Below, piece after piece: positions 1 through 10,800 of a stretch of 64,000 nt of DNA (its first letter is position 1; every line of letters begins with the position of its first letter). A program made the position numbers and the translations under genes. The notes under the pieces were generated by a model. The model was given only the letters and a program-made list of their open reading frames with translations, was not told the origin of the DNA and did no database searches. Where the stretch lies: positions 310,001-374,000 of the forward strand of contig OZ251253.1 of assembly GCA_965240325.2 (NCBI GenBank), written 5' to 3'. The DNA is from Rebecca billardiae RCC1528. Lineage: Eukaryota; Protista; Haptophyta.

Positions 1-365
1 TTGAACCGTCTTCCTATTGGAACGGGCTTCGTCCATTTGAAGCGGGTACATTGAATACGGAAAAAGGCAAAGCCCCCCCAGGGGGGGCTTTGCTTTTCGG
101 GAGCGTGTGGCAGGATCCCGGGAACGCCCTTGTTGACGGATCGTCCGAGTCGGATGCCGCCGCCCGCGGCGGCCTGTGCGGCGCGGCGGCGAGAGCCTCA
201 CATGAATGCCGATGAGAACAAGTGAGAGTGGTAGATGCGCGGCCCCAGCCCGCTCGGTTTCGGGGCTCTCGGGCTCGGGCCGCTGCGAGGATGCCGGTGA
301 CGTGACCGTCGCGGCGATTGGCGGCGACGCCCGGGTTGGCTGTGGGCCGGCTACGACTCGTTCGG

Positions 366-899
366 CTACAGGTAGACACGCTGCATACCGTGCACGGACT
401 GGCGGCAGACGGGGCACTGCACTCCAGCCGACCGTCCCCGCAGGCGCAGCGCGCACGCCGCGCACAGGCACGCGTGCCCGCACGGCCGGAGCGCAACCGT
501 GACCTGCGACTCCATGCAGACTTTGCAAGCAACCGCATCGGTCTGCGCGGCCGAGCTCGGGATGGCCTCGAGCTCGGCGTCGGTGAGCGAGGCGCCCTCG
601 GGCTGTCCGCTAGGCTGGGCCGTGCCGAGGTCGCGGTGCAGCCGCGCGCGCTGCTCCTCGGGCAGCTGCTCGTAGTGCTCGAGCACCGTCCGGCCGGTGT
701 TGTCACGGAACGTGCCGCCCGCAGCGCCGGCGACGAGACCGGCGACGAGGCCGACGGGCCCGCCAAGCGTGAGGCCGAGGATGGCGCCTCCCGCGGCTCC
801 GGCGAACGCCCACTGGCCGGGCGGTCCGAAGCCCTCGGCGAACGGGGATTCCACTGCCGGGGCGCCTGCTTGTGGACGTGGCGCGGAGGACGACGCCAT
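366..899 (-). CDS. RING-finger (C3HC4-type) E3 ligase-like protein with glycine-zipper hydrophobic segment
   Basis: C-terminal CKVC...LRPCGHACLCAAC...CPVCR RING pattern; GAAGGAILGLTLGGPVGLVAGLVAG glycine zipper. Confidence 0.85.
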   Translation of the reverse strand: MASSSAPRPQAGAPAVESPFAEGFGPPGQWAFAGAAGGAILGLTLGGPVGLVAGLVAGAAGGTFRDNTGRTVLEHYEQLPEEQRARLHRDLGTAQPSGQPEGASLTDAELEAIPSSAAQTDAVACKVCMESQVTVALRPCGHACLCAACALRLRGRSAGVQCPVCRQSVHGMQRVYL

Positions 900-1095
900 G
901 ACGCCCGGGAACGAGGGGCGAGGACTCAGGTTTCAGGACCGCCGATCTACAGATCGGAAGCGGGATGAACCGGCGCGGCCGCTTCGCCTGTTACGCCCGG
1001 CTGCGCAACCGAGCAGCGCAGGGTGGCCGCCGGAGCCGCACACACGTGCGCAGCGCCAGGCCCCACGGTGCCCGGCGCGGCGCCCGAGCAGCGCG

Positions 1096-2564
1096 ATGTC
1101 GGCACGGCGACTGGAGCGCAAGGTGGGCGCGGGCTCGACCAACCGCCCCTCCCTCGGCGGCCGCTGCGGCACCAGCTCCAGCACCGACTCGGAGTCGGTC
1201 AAGCCGCGCGTGTACAAGTCGTCGTGGAAGCACGCGCCGCCGATTAACAAGGTGATGGTGGCGGTGGACAACAACGAGCGCGTGGACATGTCGGCGGGTC
1301 TGAACGAGAAGATGACCGCCGCGCTCGAGCAGGCCGACGTCACCACCGCGCGCCACGCCAAGTTCGCCATCGGCATCCTGCGCGACCGCTTCGCGCTGCG
1401 CAAGCAATTCACAGAAACCTTCCGCCGGATCGACACGGACAAGTCGAACCGCGTGAACAAGCCCGAGCTGAAGAAGTTCCTCGACGCGCTCAGCTGCCCG
1501 CTCGACGAGAAGGCGATGGACCTCGTCATGCTCCAGATCGACCCGAACGGCGACGGCTCCGTCGAGCTGCACGAGCTCACGGACAATCTGCTCCGGCTGG
1601 GCGCGTGGGGCGTGCACGACCCGTTCATGTCGAACGCGCTGCGCAACGACATGTCGGACGTGAAGCTCGCGACGGCGGACAGGCACACGCAGCTCGTCGA
1701 GGACTACACCGCCAAGTCCGCCCTCCGCCGCGCCGTGCCGCCGCGCGCGCTCGAGAAGGCTCTGACACAGACCTCCCTCGCCCGGACCGCGGACCAGCTT
1801 CCGGACTTGGAGGCGGCGGCGGCGGCGGCGGGCGGGAGCAAGGCGACGGAGGCGGCGAAGAACCTGTTCCTCCGGCCGCACGACCCGCTCGAGGGCACCC
1901 TCGACGCGCACGAGTTCACCGCCACCGTGCGCTCCATCTCGACGCTCAACTCGCGGCGCGCGGCGCGCATCGGCCCGGGGCCGGACGGCCGTGTCGAGAT
2001 CGGACGCTTCTGCGAGCAGCTCGGCGAGAAGGTGCGAAGGGCGCGCGCGGCGGAGGGAAGGGCGGCGCGGGCGCGGGTGCGAATGGCGCGCGCGGCGGAG
2101 GGAAGGGCGGCGCGGGCCCGAGCTGATGTGTGTGGCTGGGAAGGGCGCGTGCTCCGACGCGCGGGGCGGCGCGGCGCGGCGCTGCGCGGCGCGGGGCGGG
2201 GTGCGAGATTCTGAGAAGAATTCTGAGAGAATTCTGAGGGAGGGCGCGTGTGCGCCCGCTGCCCGCAGCGCTCTCGGCCCCGTCCTCACCACCGACCCCC
2301 CCTGCTGCTGCGCGCGGCCGCGCGGCCGCTCGCGCCGCCCCTCGCCGCGCACAGCCGCCGCCCGAGCTGGGCTGGGGCCTCTGCCTGCCCGCGGGTGACA
2401 GGCGAGCCGTCTCCGTGCCCAGACTGCCGGGGCACCTGTCGCGATATATTGCAGACGACGACTTGCGCGAGCGCGTCGAGGCGCACAATGCGCTGAGCGA
2501 CGCGCGCGTGCAGCAGAGGTTCACGCTCACCAAGCCGAAGGAGGCGCCGATCCTGATCCCGTGA
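1096..2564 (+). CDS. EF-hand calcium-binding protein, intron-containing
   Basis: EF loops DTDKSNRVNKPE and DPNGDGSVELHE; likely ATG at 1096; probable donor AAG|GTGCGA at 2032; last exon ends ...KEAPILIP* at 2564; internal exon structure uncertain. Confidence 0.7.
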
Positions 2565-3034
2565 GCGAGGCGGCGTGCGCTGCGCACGCGCGCGCGGTGC
2601 ACAGCCTGAGCCCGGGACGCACATGATTGTAAGCGCAGCCCTCGCTGAGCGGACCTGCTGCCTGCGGAGGGCCGCGTGCGGTGCCGGATAGTGTGCGCGC
2701 CCCCTTCCGTGCAGCCAGCAGCATGCCACAATGGTGAGGAGACGGACTGGGGCCTACGGACAGGCTACGAGCCAGGATGATTGGCTGGGCATTTGCGGGC
2801 CGTGCCGACGCGGGCGCGGCCGCGGCAGGCTGCCAGGCTGATGCAGGGCAGGCGGCACGCGCGCCGCGCTCCGCGCAGCTGCCGTGGTTCGGCCGGTTCG
2901 GGCCTTCGCGACCGTCTTCGCCTTCAGGAGTTCATCGGGGCTCCGCGGCGACGGATGCACGCTACGGAGTAGTACCGCGTACCGGTCTGCTTACTGTAAC
3001 TGCTACTACGACTACGGATGATGCGCGCTGCCGT

Positions 3035-3162
3035 ATTATTAATTTTTATAGTATATTCTATATATTATATAATTATATAATATATATATATATATATAAT
3101 TATATATATATACCGTCAGTCGTCGTCACGGAACGATATGACGACGATATATTTTAATATAT
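3035..3162. repeat. (AT)n-rich island between convergent genes (also 6592-6693, 12081-12133, 15116-15191, 29048-29105, 55865-55930)
   Basis: Near-pure A/T runs in an otherwise very GC-rich background. Confidence 0.85.
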
Positions 3163-3641
3163 ACGGACGATCGATCGATGACTGATACTGCCGTACGGTT
3201 CGGGCCACACTGCCATATGTGGTCAGGCCGCTGCACTGGCCGGGGAGACCCGCGTCAGCGACATGCAGCGGCGCGCCCTACTCGGCGGCCGAGGGCCGCG
3301 GCCCGCCGCGGACGATCGGCCTCGATCGGCAGCAGCGGCGACGGGAGTACTGCCGATCATCAGCATCACTGACACCACTGCACGGTACTCGATGGCCCTC
3401 GAAGATCGGCATCGGCCAGCTCATAGTGCCAGCAGCCCGAACTGCCGGACAGCGCCGCCAGCCCGACTCCGAGACCGCCGAGTCGCCGAGCCAGATCTGC
3501 GCTCCTCGACTGTAGTTAGCCCCCGCGCCATGCCCATGCCCGTCGATGCGGCGTCGCGCGCCGCTCACGATCTGGCCTCATCCGCCGTGCCGCCGCATGC
3601 GCGCGCCTCGTGTGCCCCACGCGCCCCTTGCGCCTCCTGCC

Positions 3642-4736
3642 TCATGCGTCCGATGGCGCAGCGGCTCGCAGGAAGTCGCACGCGATGTCGAAGCTCCACA
3701 GCCCGACGGCGCCGCCCACGCCCATCCGAAGGCTCTTCGCCGTGAACCCCTTCCACAGCGCCAGGACGCCTTCAGTGCGAACGATGGCGGCGATGCGGTG
3801 CACGACGCCCGTCGGCGGGGCCTCCGCCGGCCGGATCGCGGCGGCGGTCACGGCGGCGGCGGCTGTCGCGCCGGCCTCCGCGCCGGCCGTGCCCGTGGTG
3901 GTGGTGACGACGCCGGCCATGCCCGTGGCGGTGGTGGTGACGGCGCCGGCCATGCCCGTGGCGGTGGGGACGGCCGCGGGCGCGCTCGCCTCAGCCGCCA
4001 GCGTCGTGGTGCCAACGTCCGCCTGCATGCGCGACTTGATCACGTCGAAGGGCGTGTTGAAGCACGTGGCGAACACGCCCGCTGCGAAGCCCGACGTGAG
4101 CGTCTGCACGCGCCCGCCGCCCTCGCCGCGCACGCGAGATAGCATCACGAAAGACGAGAAATAAAAGGCGTTCCACACGCAATTGCGCATGACCGTCGCG
4201 CTCAGGCCGGTGGCGAGCGACGCGGCGCCCTCCTCGCGCAGCATGGTGGACACGCAGTGCCCCGCGTTGCGGTACCGGCCCATGTGCGCGCGCGCCTGCA
4301 TCCGCACCTTCACCACCTGGAACGGTGTCACCACGATCGCTTCCGGTATGCCGGACGAGGCGCCGGCGACGAACGAGGTGAGCGCGTCGTCGCGGCCGGT
4401 GGCGGAGGCGAGGAGCTGGCGCGCTTTGGAGTACGAGGCGTAGACGACCGAGCTCTTTGGTATGCCGCACAGCAGCTCCGGGAGCAGGCCGCGGTACAGC
4501 GCGAGCACGCCGCCCTCCTGCACGACCGATCTGAGCGTCGAGATCAAGCCGGCGCCCGGCGTCGGGTTGAGCTGCAGGCGCGTCTTCAGCATGTCGAGCG
4601 GCTGCACGACGACCATCTCGGAGGCGCCGGCGAACGCGCCCGCGAGCGCAAAGTCCGCGCCGCCCAGCTCGCGGCCCTTGCCGCACATCGCCACGGCCTC
4701 GGACCCATCGTCCGCCCCGTCGCCGTCGGACGCCAT
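3642..4736 (-). CDS. Mitochondrial carrier (SLC25), 2-oxodicarboxylate carrier-like
   Basis: Three carrier signature motifs PLDMLKTRLQ, PFQVVKVRMQ, PFDVIKSRMQ; MRNCVWNAFYF resembles ODC/SLC25A21; likely ATG at 4736. Confidence 0.88.
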   Translation of the reverse strand: MASDGDGADDGSEAVAMCGKGRELGGADFALAGAFAGASEMVVVQPLDMLKTRLQLNPTPGAGLISTLRSVVQEGGVLALYRGLLPELLCGIPKSSVVYASYSKARQLLASATGRDDALTSFVAGASSGIPEAIVVTPFQVVKVRMQARAHMGRYRNAGHCVSTMLREEGAASLATGLSATVMRNCVWNAFYFSSFVMLSRVRGEGGGRVQTLTSGFAAGVFATCFNTPFDVIKSRMQADVGTTTLAAEASAPAAVPTATGMAGAVTTTATGMAGVVTTTTGTAGAEAGATAAAAVTAAAIRPAEAPPTGVVHRIAAIVRTEGVLALWKGFTAKSLRMGVGGAVGLWSFDIACDFLRAAAPSDA

Positions 4737-4884
4737 GACGAGCGACCCCGGCGCGGCTAACGCCCCGCCCCGCCCGTCGCCGGCCGCCGCGCCGCCGGGA
4801 ACGAGCCGGAAAACCGGATCTCCGCAGGAAGAATGAAAGCAAAAGGGAGGACGGGCGTGATCAAGAACCCGCGTGGCCGCGACG

Positions 4885-6291
4885 ATGGTTACGCCAGCGC
4901 GGGAAGAGGTGGCGCCCGTGGACGGGCTCACGGCGCTGCACGGCGCGTGCGCGGCCGGCGACGATACGCGGGTGGCCTCGCTGCTCACGGCGGGCGCCCC
5001 CGTCGACGAGACCGACGTCGACGGCATCACGCCGCTCCACTTCGCCGCCGCGCGCGGCTACGACGCGTGCGTGAGGCTTCTGCTCGCGCGCCGCGCCGAC
5101 GTGAACCGCGAGGCGTGGAAAGGGTACACGGCGCTCAACCTCGCGGCGCGCGCGGGGCGCGCGTCGTCCGTGCGGATCCTCCTCCTCCACGGCGCGCGCA
5201 TCGACCAGCTCCCCGCCGGCGGCATCGGCGGCACCGCGCTGATCGAGGCGTGCGGCCACGGACACGAGACGGTCGTTGGCCTTCTGCTCGACCATCGCGC
5301 GGACGTGCACGTGGAGGACCGCGCGGGCTCGAACGCGCTGGACTGGGCCGCCGGGCTGGGCTACGCGCAGATCGCCCGCCGGCTGCTCGACGCGGGCGCC
5401 GACCTCTCGCCGCGCGGCGCGCGCGCGGAGCCCCTCTATCGCGCGTGCCTATTTAACCACTTGGAAGTTACCCGCTTATTGGTCGCGCACGGCGCGACGC
5501 GACCGGGCGAGGGGCAGCTGAGCATCTCGCTGCCGCGGAACGAGGCGACGGACTGGCTGCGCGAGACGCGGCTGTGGTGCACGCCGCTCCACCACCTCGA
5601 GCTCCTCTCCGAGCCGAGGGTGCGCGCGCTGCTCCGGGCTGGCGCCGACGTGCACGCGCGCGCGCCGCCGCCGCCGCCGCGCCGTGGCGGCGGCGAGCGC
5701 GAGCGCGAGCGCGAGCGCCCGCAGACGGCGTCGGCGGGTGCGGCGCGGCGCGGCGGCGCGACGCCGGACGCGGAGGCGCCGACACCGCTCTCCATCGCGC
5801 GCGAGGTCGTCTCTCGCACCCCGACGCACGCCGCGGCGCGCGCCGTCCTCGCCGCGGCCGCTCCTTGGTCCCCGGGCACACACCAGCTGTTCCCTGCCGC
5901 GGCGCGCGCTCGCGCGGTGCAGCTGCTCGTGGTGGGGCACGAGCTGGCGGCGGAGCTGGAGGAGCGGCTGGAGGAGGAGGGCGAGGACGGCGCGGCGCAG
6001 GCGGCGATGGCGCTGCTCGACGTCTGGCGCGCGCACGTGCTCCCTCACGCCGTCCTCCGAGCAGATTTCCTCCCGACCCCCCTCCCGCCCCCGTCCGCCG
6101 CGCCGACGGCGCCGGCGGCCGCAGCAGCCCCGCACGACGACGGCCCGTCCGCCGCGCTGGTGCGCGCGGGGCCCGAGGTGGAGGCCGGTGCCGCCCGCGA
6201 TACCGACGCGGGCATGCTGCAGGCGGCCCGCTCGGACGGCGTGCGCCCCAGGACGCAGCCCGGCGCACTGCCGCGCCGCCGCAGCGCGTGA
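4885..6291 (+). CDS. Ankyrin-repeat protein
   Basis: Repeated GxTPLH/TAL...A...G...V..LL..GADV ankyrin units; C-terminal PWSPGTHQLFP motif. Confidence 0.88.
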   Translation: MVTPAREEVAPVDGLTALHGACAAGDDTRVASLLTAGAPVDETDVDGITPLHFAAARGYDACVRLLLARRADVNREAWKGYTALNLAARAGRASSVRILLLHGARIDQLPAGGIGGTALIEACGHGHETVVGLLLDHRADVHVEDRAGSNALDWAAGLGYAQIARRLLDAGADLSPRGARAEPLYRACLFNHLEVTRLLVAHGATRPGEGQLSISLPRNEATDWLRETRLWCTPLHHLELLSEPRVRALLRAGADVHARAPPPPPRRGGGERERERERPQTASAGAARRGGATPDAEAPTPLSIAREVVSRTPTHAAARAVLAAAAPWSPGTHQLFPAAARARAVQLLVVGHELAAELEERLEEEGEDGAAQAAMALLDVWRAHVLPHAVLRADFLPTPLPPPSAAPTAPAAAAAPHDDGPSAALVRAGPEVEAGAARDTDAGMLQAARSDGVRPRTQPGALPRRRSA

Positions 6292-7086
6292 CGGCGTGCG
6301 CGTCGCCGGCGTCGCGAGCGCCGCAGTACTGCCGCGCAGGTGCCGCGTGGCAGTGATTGAGTGAAATGAGCCGCGCGGCGCCTGGCGGCCTGCGCCTCCT
6401 CGCGCTCAGGTCGTCGTCACTCGTGCGCGATTGGCTGCGACTTCAAGGTATCATCAGGCGCAGGCTCTCGGAGGCTGCGCCGGCGCGGCAGCGCAGTCGG
6501 AGCCGCGCGGCCGCCGCCTGTGGCTGTGTGACCGATCTGCCGCCGGCAGCGGGCGCGTGTACCGGGTAGCCTGCCGCCGTGTACAGTTACTTTATAATGT
6601 GCATATAGTAATCAGTATATATATAGTTTATTCGTCGTCGTCAGACTCGTCGTCAGTCATTATATGAATAATATATATATATATATATATATATGATGAT
6701 GACGGCGCGTCGCCCGAACGGTCCGCGGACGACCCGCATCATGAGGAATAGGATTATAAGGCTGCGTGATTCGACAGCGCGCCACCGGCTGAGGGTGCAC
6801 CACCACCAGGCGGCCTTCTCGCGGACATGCCTGGCACCGCTGATCGCGGCCCGCGGCACTGCGCTCCCCGGCCCGCGGTAGGCGCGGCTGGACAGCGCTG
6901 TAGCCGCAGCGTGCCGAGGGCCAACACCAATCATCGGAGGCCCACGTCATCGGAGGCCCACGAGTCAAGCTGGGTGCGCCGCCGGCCGGCGCGCACGCGC
7001 GCGCCGTGCCTGCCCCAAGCTCGTCGCTCGGGAGAGCGCGCCGCGCCGCGCGCACGCCAGCGTGCGCGCCGGGTCCGCGATGCACC

Positions 7087-7743
7087 TCACCGCCCGCGCG
7101 CGCGCTCCTCGCGCTCGCGCCGCCGCTTCGCCGCGCGCGAGCGCGTGAGCATCAGGTCGACGATGTACAGGCCACCCGACACGAGCGCGACCGCCGCGCA
7201 CGCGACGAGGAAGGTGCGCTCGTGCGAGTCGGCGACGTGCGGCTCGGGCGGGACCTGCGAGCGGCCGGAGCGTGCGAAGCCCGACTGCGCGAAGCGGACG
7301 AGCTTCTCCACCGAGAAGGACGGCTGCTGGAAGTAGTACATGACGCCGTGTCTGAAGAACAGGACCGACGGCACGTGCTGCAGCCCAAAACGCTTCGCGA
7401 GCCACGGGGACTCGTCGACGTCGACCATCGCGACGTTGACGGCGATCGTGCCCTTCTCCTCGGCGTCCTCAAGCAGCGCGGTCGCCACCTTTGGCATCGA
7501 GCGCTTCAGCCGCTTGCACTCGTAGTCGACCGCGTTGCAGAAGGAAACAAGCCACGGGCCGGTCGTCGCGCCGGTCGCCGCCTGCGTGAGGCGCTCGAAG
7601 TTGCTCTCGTCGAGGTAGTGCACCTTGGCCTCGGGCACGTCGAGCATGTCGTCGTACACCGCCGGCTCGGCGCCGCCGCGTCCGACCGACGCCATGAGCA
7701 GCGCGAGCGCGGCGCACGCGCGCATGCCTCCTCGCTTCGGCAT
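7087..7743 (-). CDS. Membrane-anchored thioredoxin-domain (TMX/PDI-like) protein with non-canonical active site
   Basis: Signal peptide; LDESNFERLTQAATGATTGPWLVSF...CKRL...AMVDVDESPWLAKRFGLQHVPSVLFF thioredoxin fold; C-terminal TM helix and basic tail. Confidence 0.8.
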   Translation of the reverse strand: MPKRGGMRACAALALLMASVGRGGAEPAVYDDMLDVPEAKVHYLDESNFERLTQAATGATTGPWLVSFCNAVDYECKRLKRSMPKVATALLEDAEEKGTIAVNVAMVDVDESPWLAKRFGLQHVPSVLFFRHGVMYYFQQPSFSVEKLVRFAQSGFARSGRSQVPPEPHVADSHERTFLVACAAVALVSGGLYIVDLMLTRSRAAKRRREREERARGR

Positions 7744-7874
7744 GATGGCGGCCGAGTGCGCACTCGCGACCGCCAAAAAAAACGCCGGACCGCGTGGCCG
7801 CTTTCAATCCGGGGCGACCGGGACGAAACCCGGCTGGGCAATTGAAAGCTACGCGCGCCAAATCGCCGCGGGCG

Positions 7875-10800
7875 ATGGCCGCGGGCCCGCAAGGCGCGCC
7901 GGCGCGGCTCGTCCGGCTGGGCGCGGAGCGCTCGGCGCGGATCCCGCTCTCGCACGCCACCCCCGTGCGCGAGCTCGAGGACGCGCTGCGCCATGCCTTC
8001 GGCCTCGCCGCCGATCTCGAGATCGTCGGCCTCTCGGACGGAAGCACCTCATTGGTCGGTTTGGAATCGGCGCACGCGCACCCGCAACACGCGTGGCTGA
8101 TCGTGCGCGGGCGCGAGGGCGGAGCCGCGGGGAGCGGGGCGAGCTCACCGCGCGCGCACCAGCCCGCGCGCACGCCGAGCAGCCCGGGCGGCGCGGGCGC
8201 CGTCGTCTCGAGCTGGCTCTCCCAACTGACGCAGCACGGGCCGCTTGCGGCCGGCGCCGCCGCGCGGCGCTACGGCACTCTCGTGGAGGACGAGGAGGCT
8301 CCGTCGCCGGCGAGGCGCGGGGCGAGCGTATCGCCCACGCGGGCGGCGCGTCGTGCCGCCGCGTCGCCCTCGGCGCCGTCCAGCCCGCTCTCGACCGCCG
8401 GCTGGCCGCCGCGCCGGTGGCCGGCGCAGCCGGCGGCACGCTCGCAGCCCCGCACGCCGCCGCCGCGGCTGCCGCAGCCGCCGCCGCAGCAGCCGTGGCC
8501 GCCGCGCTCGCCCGTGCGGCTCGAGCTCGAGGTGCAGGTGATGGCGGCGGAGCGCGAGCTCGGCGCGAGGTCGCTGCTCACGCCCACGAGCCCCGCGCTG
8601 GGCGACGGCGCGGGCGACGGCTCGGCAGCGATCGAACGCCGGCCGGCGGGTGGCAGCCATGCGCTGGGCGGCGGCAGTCGCAAGGACAGCGCCGATCTTG
8701 AGGCGGGCGGCTGCTCGATGGCGGCGGCGGCGGGCGGCGGCGGCGTGCACGCCGGCGCGCCCTCGTCCCCGCCGCGCGCGGACGCGCCCTCGCCCCGCAG
8801 GGAGCCGCGGCGCTGGCGGCGCTGGTCGACGCCCGGCAACCGGCGCGCGCCGAGCGCTGGCGCTTCCGAGGTGTCAACTCCCGCCTCCTCCTCCTGCGCG
8901 CGCCGCGCGGCGGCGGAGGCGCTCGACGCGCCCCGCGCCTCGACGGCGCCGAGCCTGGCCGCGCTCATCTCCCTGCCCAGCGCCGCGGCGGGCGAGCTCG
9001 CGATCTCGCGGCGCGGCACGGAGATTGCGATCTCGCGGCGCGGCACGGAGATTGCAATCTCGGCGCTCGAGCTGGCGGGCTGCCCCGCTCCGGACGGCGC
9101 CGCCGCCGCCGCGCGCTCGGCCGGTCGAAGCCGGTGGGCGGGCGAAGCTGCGGCGCCGGGGGCGGACGCGGCGGACGGCGGGTTCGAGCGCAGCTTCCTC
9201 TCGGCGCGCTCGCGCTCGTCGTGGGGCGGCGGCGGCGTGGGCGGCGGCGGCGTGGGCGGCGGCGGCGGCTCGGGCGGCGGCGGCGGCGGCGGCGGCGGCG
9301 ACGCGGTGGCTTCTTCCAAGGAGTTTCCGCAGTGGCCGGCGGCGGGTGCGCGGCTGCAGCTCGGGCCGCTGCAGTGGCGGGTGCTCGTGCTGTGCTGCGC
9401 CGCCGCGGTCGCGCACGCCACCGCGACCTTCGCCTCCTCCTTCGTCGCCCTCTCCGCCACCCAGCCCGCCGAGGGCGTGATGGCGGCGCGCGGCCAACCC
9501 TGGGACATCGAGAAACGTTCCGCGGGACTTCTCGCCGGCGAATGCCTTGGGCTGCTGCTCGGCGGCGCGCTGGCGGATGGCGCGCTCGGTCGGCGCGCGG
9601 TCGGCGTGTGGGCGGCGTGGGCGATCGCCGTGCTCGGCGTCGCGACCGCCGTCTCGCCCCGCCGCCCCGCCGCGATCCTTCTCGCCGTGCGAACGCTCGC
9701 CGCCGCCGCCTGCGGCGGCCTCGGCACCTTGTTTGTGCTTTTGGCCGAGGCCCTTCCGCCGCCGCGGCGCGGGCGCGTGATGGGCTGGGTGGCGGTGGTC
9801 TCCGCGCTCACCGCGCTCGGCACGGGCGCGGCGGTGCCGCCGACGGTACTCGCGCTCGGCTGGCGCTCCGCCGCGCTCGGCGCCGCGCTCCCTGCGCTCG
9901 TCCTGCTCATCGGCGCGCCGCTTCTCCCGGAGTCCCTTCCGTGGCTGGCGGCGCGCGGCGACGCGGCCGCGGTGCGCGTGTGCGTCGCGCACGCGGCCGC
10001 GGAGAATGCGGTGCTGTGCGTGCTGCACCAGCGGCAGCTCGCGGCGGCGGCGGCGGCGGCGGTGCGCTCGTCCGCGCAGCGCAGCACGGCCGCCGCTTCG
10101 GAGCTCCTGCCGCTCACCGGTGCGGCGGATGCGGCGGACGCCGCCGAGGCCGGGGAGTGCCGCGAGGAGAACGCACGCGGCGGCGCCCGCGGCTGGGCGG
10201 CGCCCGCGGCCGGTGGCGGCGCCGACGCCGCCGCCGCCGACGCGTGCGCTGGCCTGAAGAGCGCCGGCCCGAGCGCGCCGCGCGCGGGTGCCGCCGCCGC
10301 GCCGCATTACGACTCTCTCGCCGCCGGCGGGATCGGCGCCGGCAGCTGCGCCGGCAGCTTCGTCGTGGCCGCGACGGCGGCGAGGTCTGCGGAGGCGACG
10401 GCGGCCGCGACGGCGGGGGCGCAGCGCGCGCTCGCGAGCGTTGGAAGGATGCGTGAGGCGCGGAGGCGCTCGCGCGCGCAGGCGAGGGCGGGCGCGCGCG
10501 GCGCGGGCGGCGAGGACGACAATGCCCGCGACAGCGGGCGCCCGGGCAGTAGCTGCTCGACCGGCGTCGGCCACGTCTCGTCCGAGTATCTGCCGCCCCA
10601 GAGCACGCGCGTCGCGCCGCGCGGCTCGGCCGCCGCGCGCTCTGGCGCGCGCGACGCCGCCGCCCGGCCGCCTTCCGCTGGCGGCGGGCTGCTGGGGGGT
10701 CGCGCCGCAGCAGCGCTCATGGACGGCGCGGCGCTCGGCGGCGCCGCCCTGCTGCCAGACAGCGCGGCCGCTCGCTGGGGCGGCGCCGAGCCAGCATGCG

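Noticed and set aside
3840-4000. Thr/Ala repeat insert in the mitochondrial carrier (and a 27-bp repeat at 8994-9060 in the MFS gene)
   Set aside because: Ordinary in-frame low-complexity slippage in loops, common throughout this genome's ORFs
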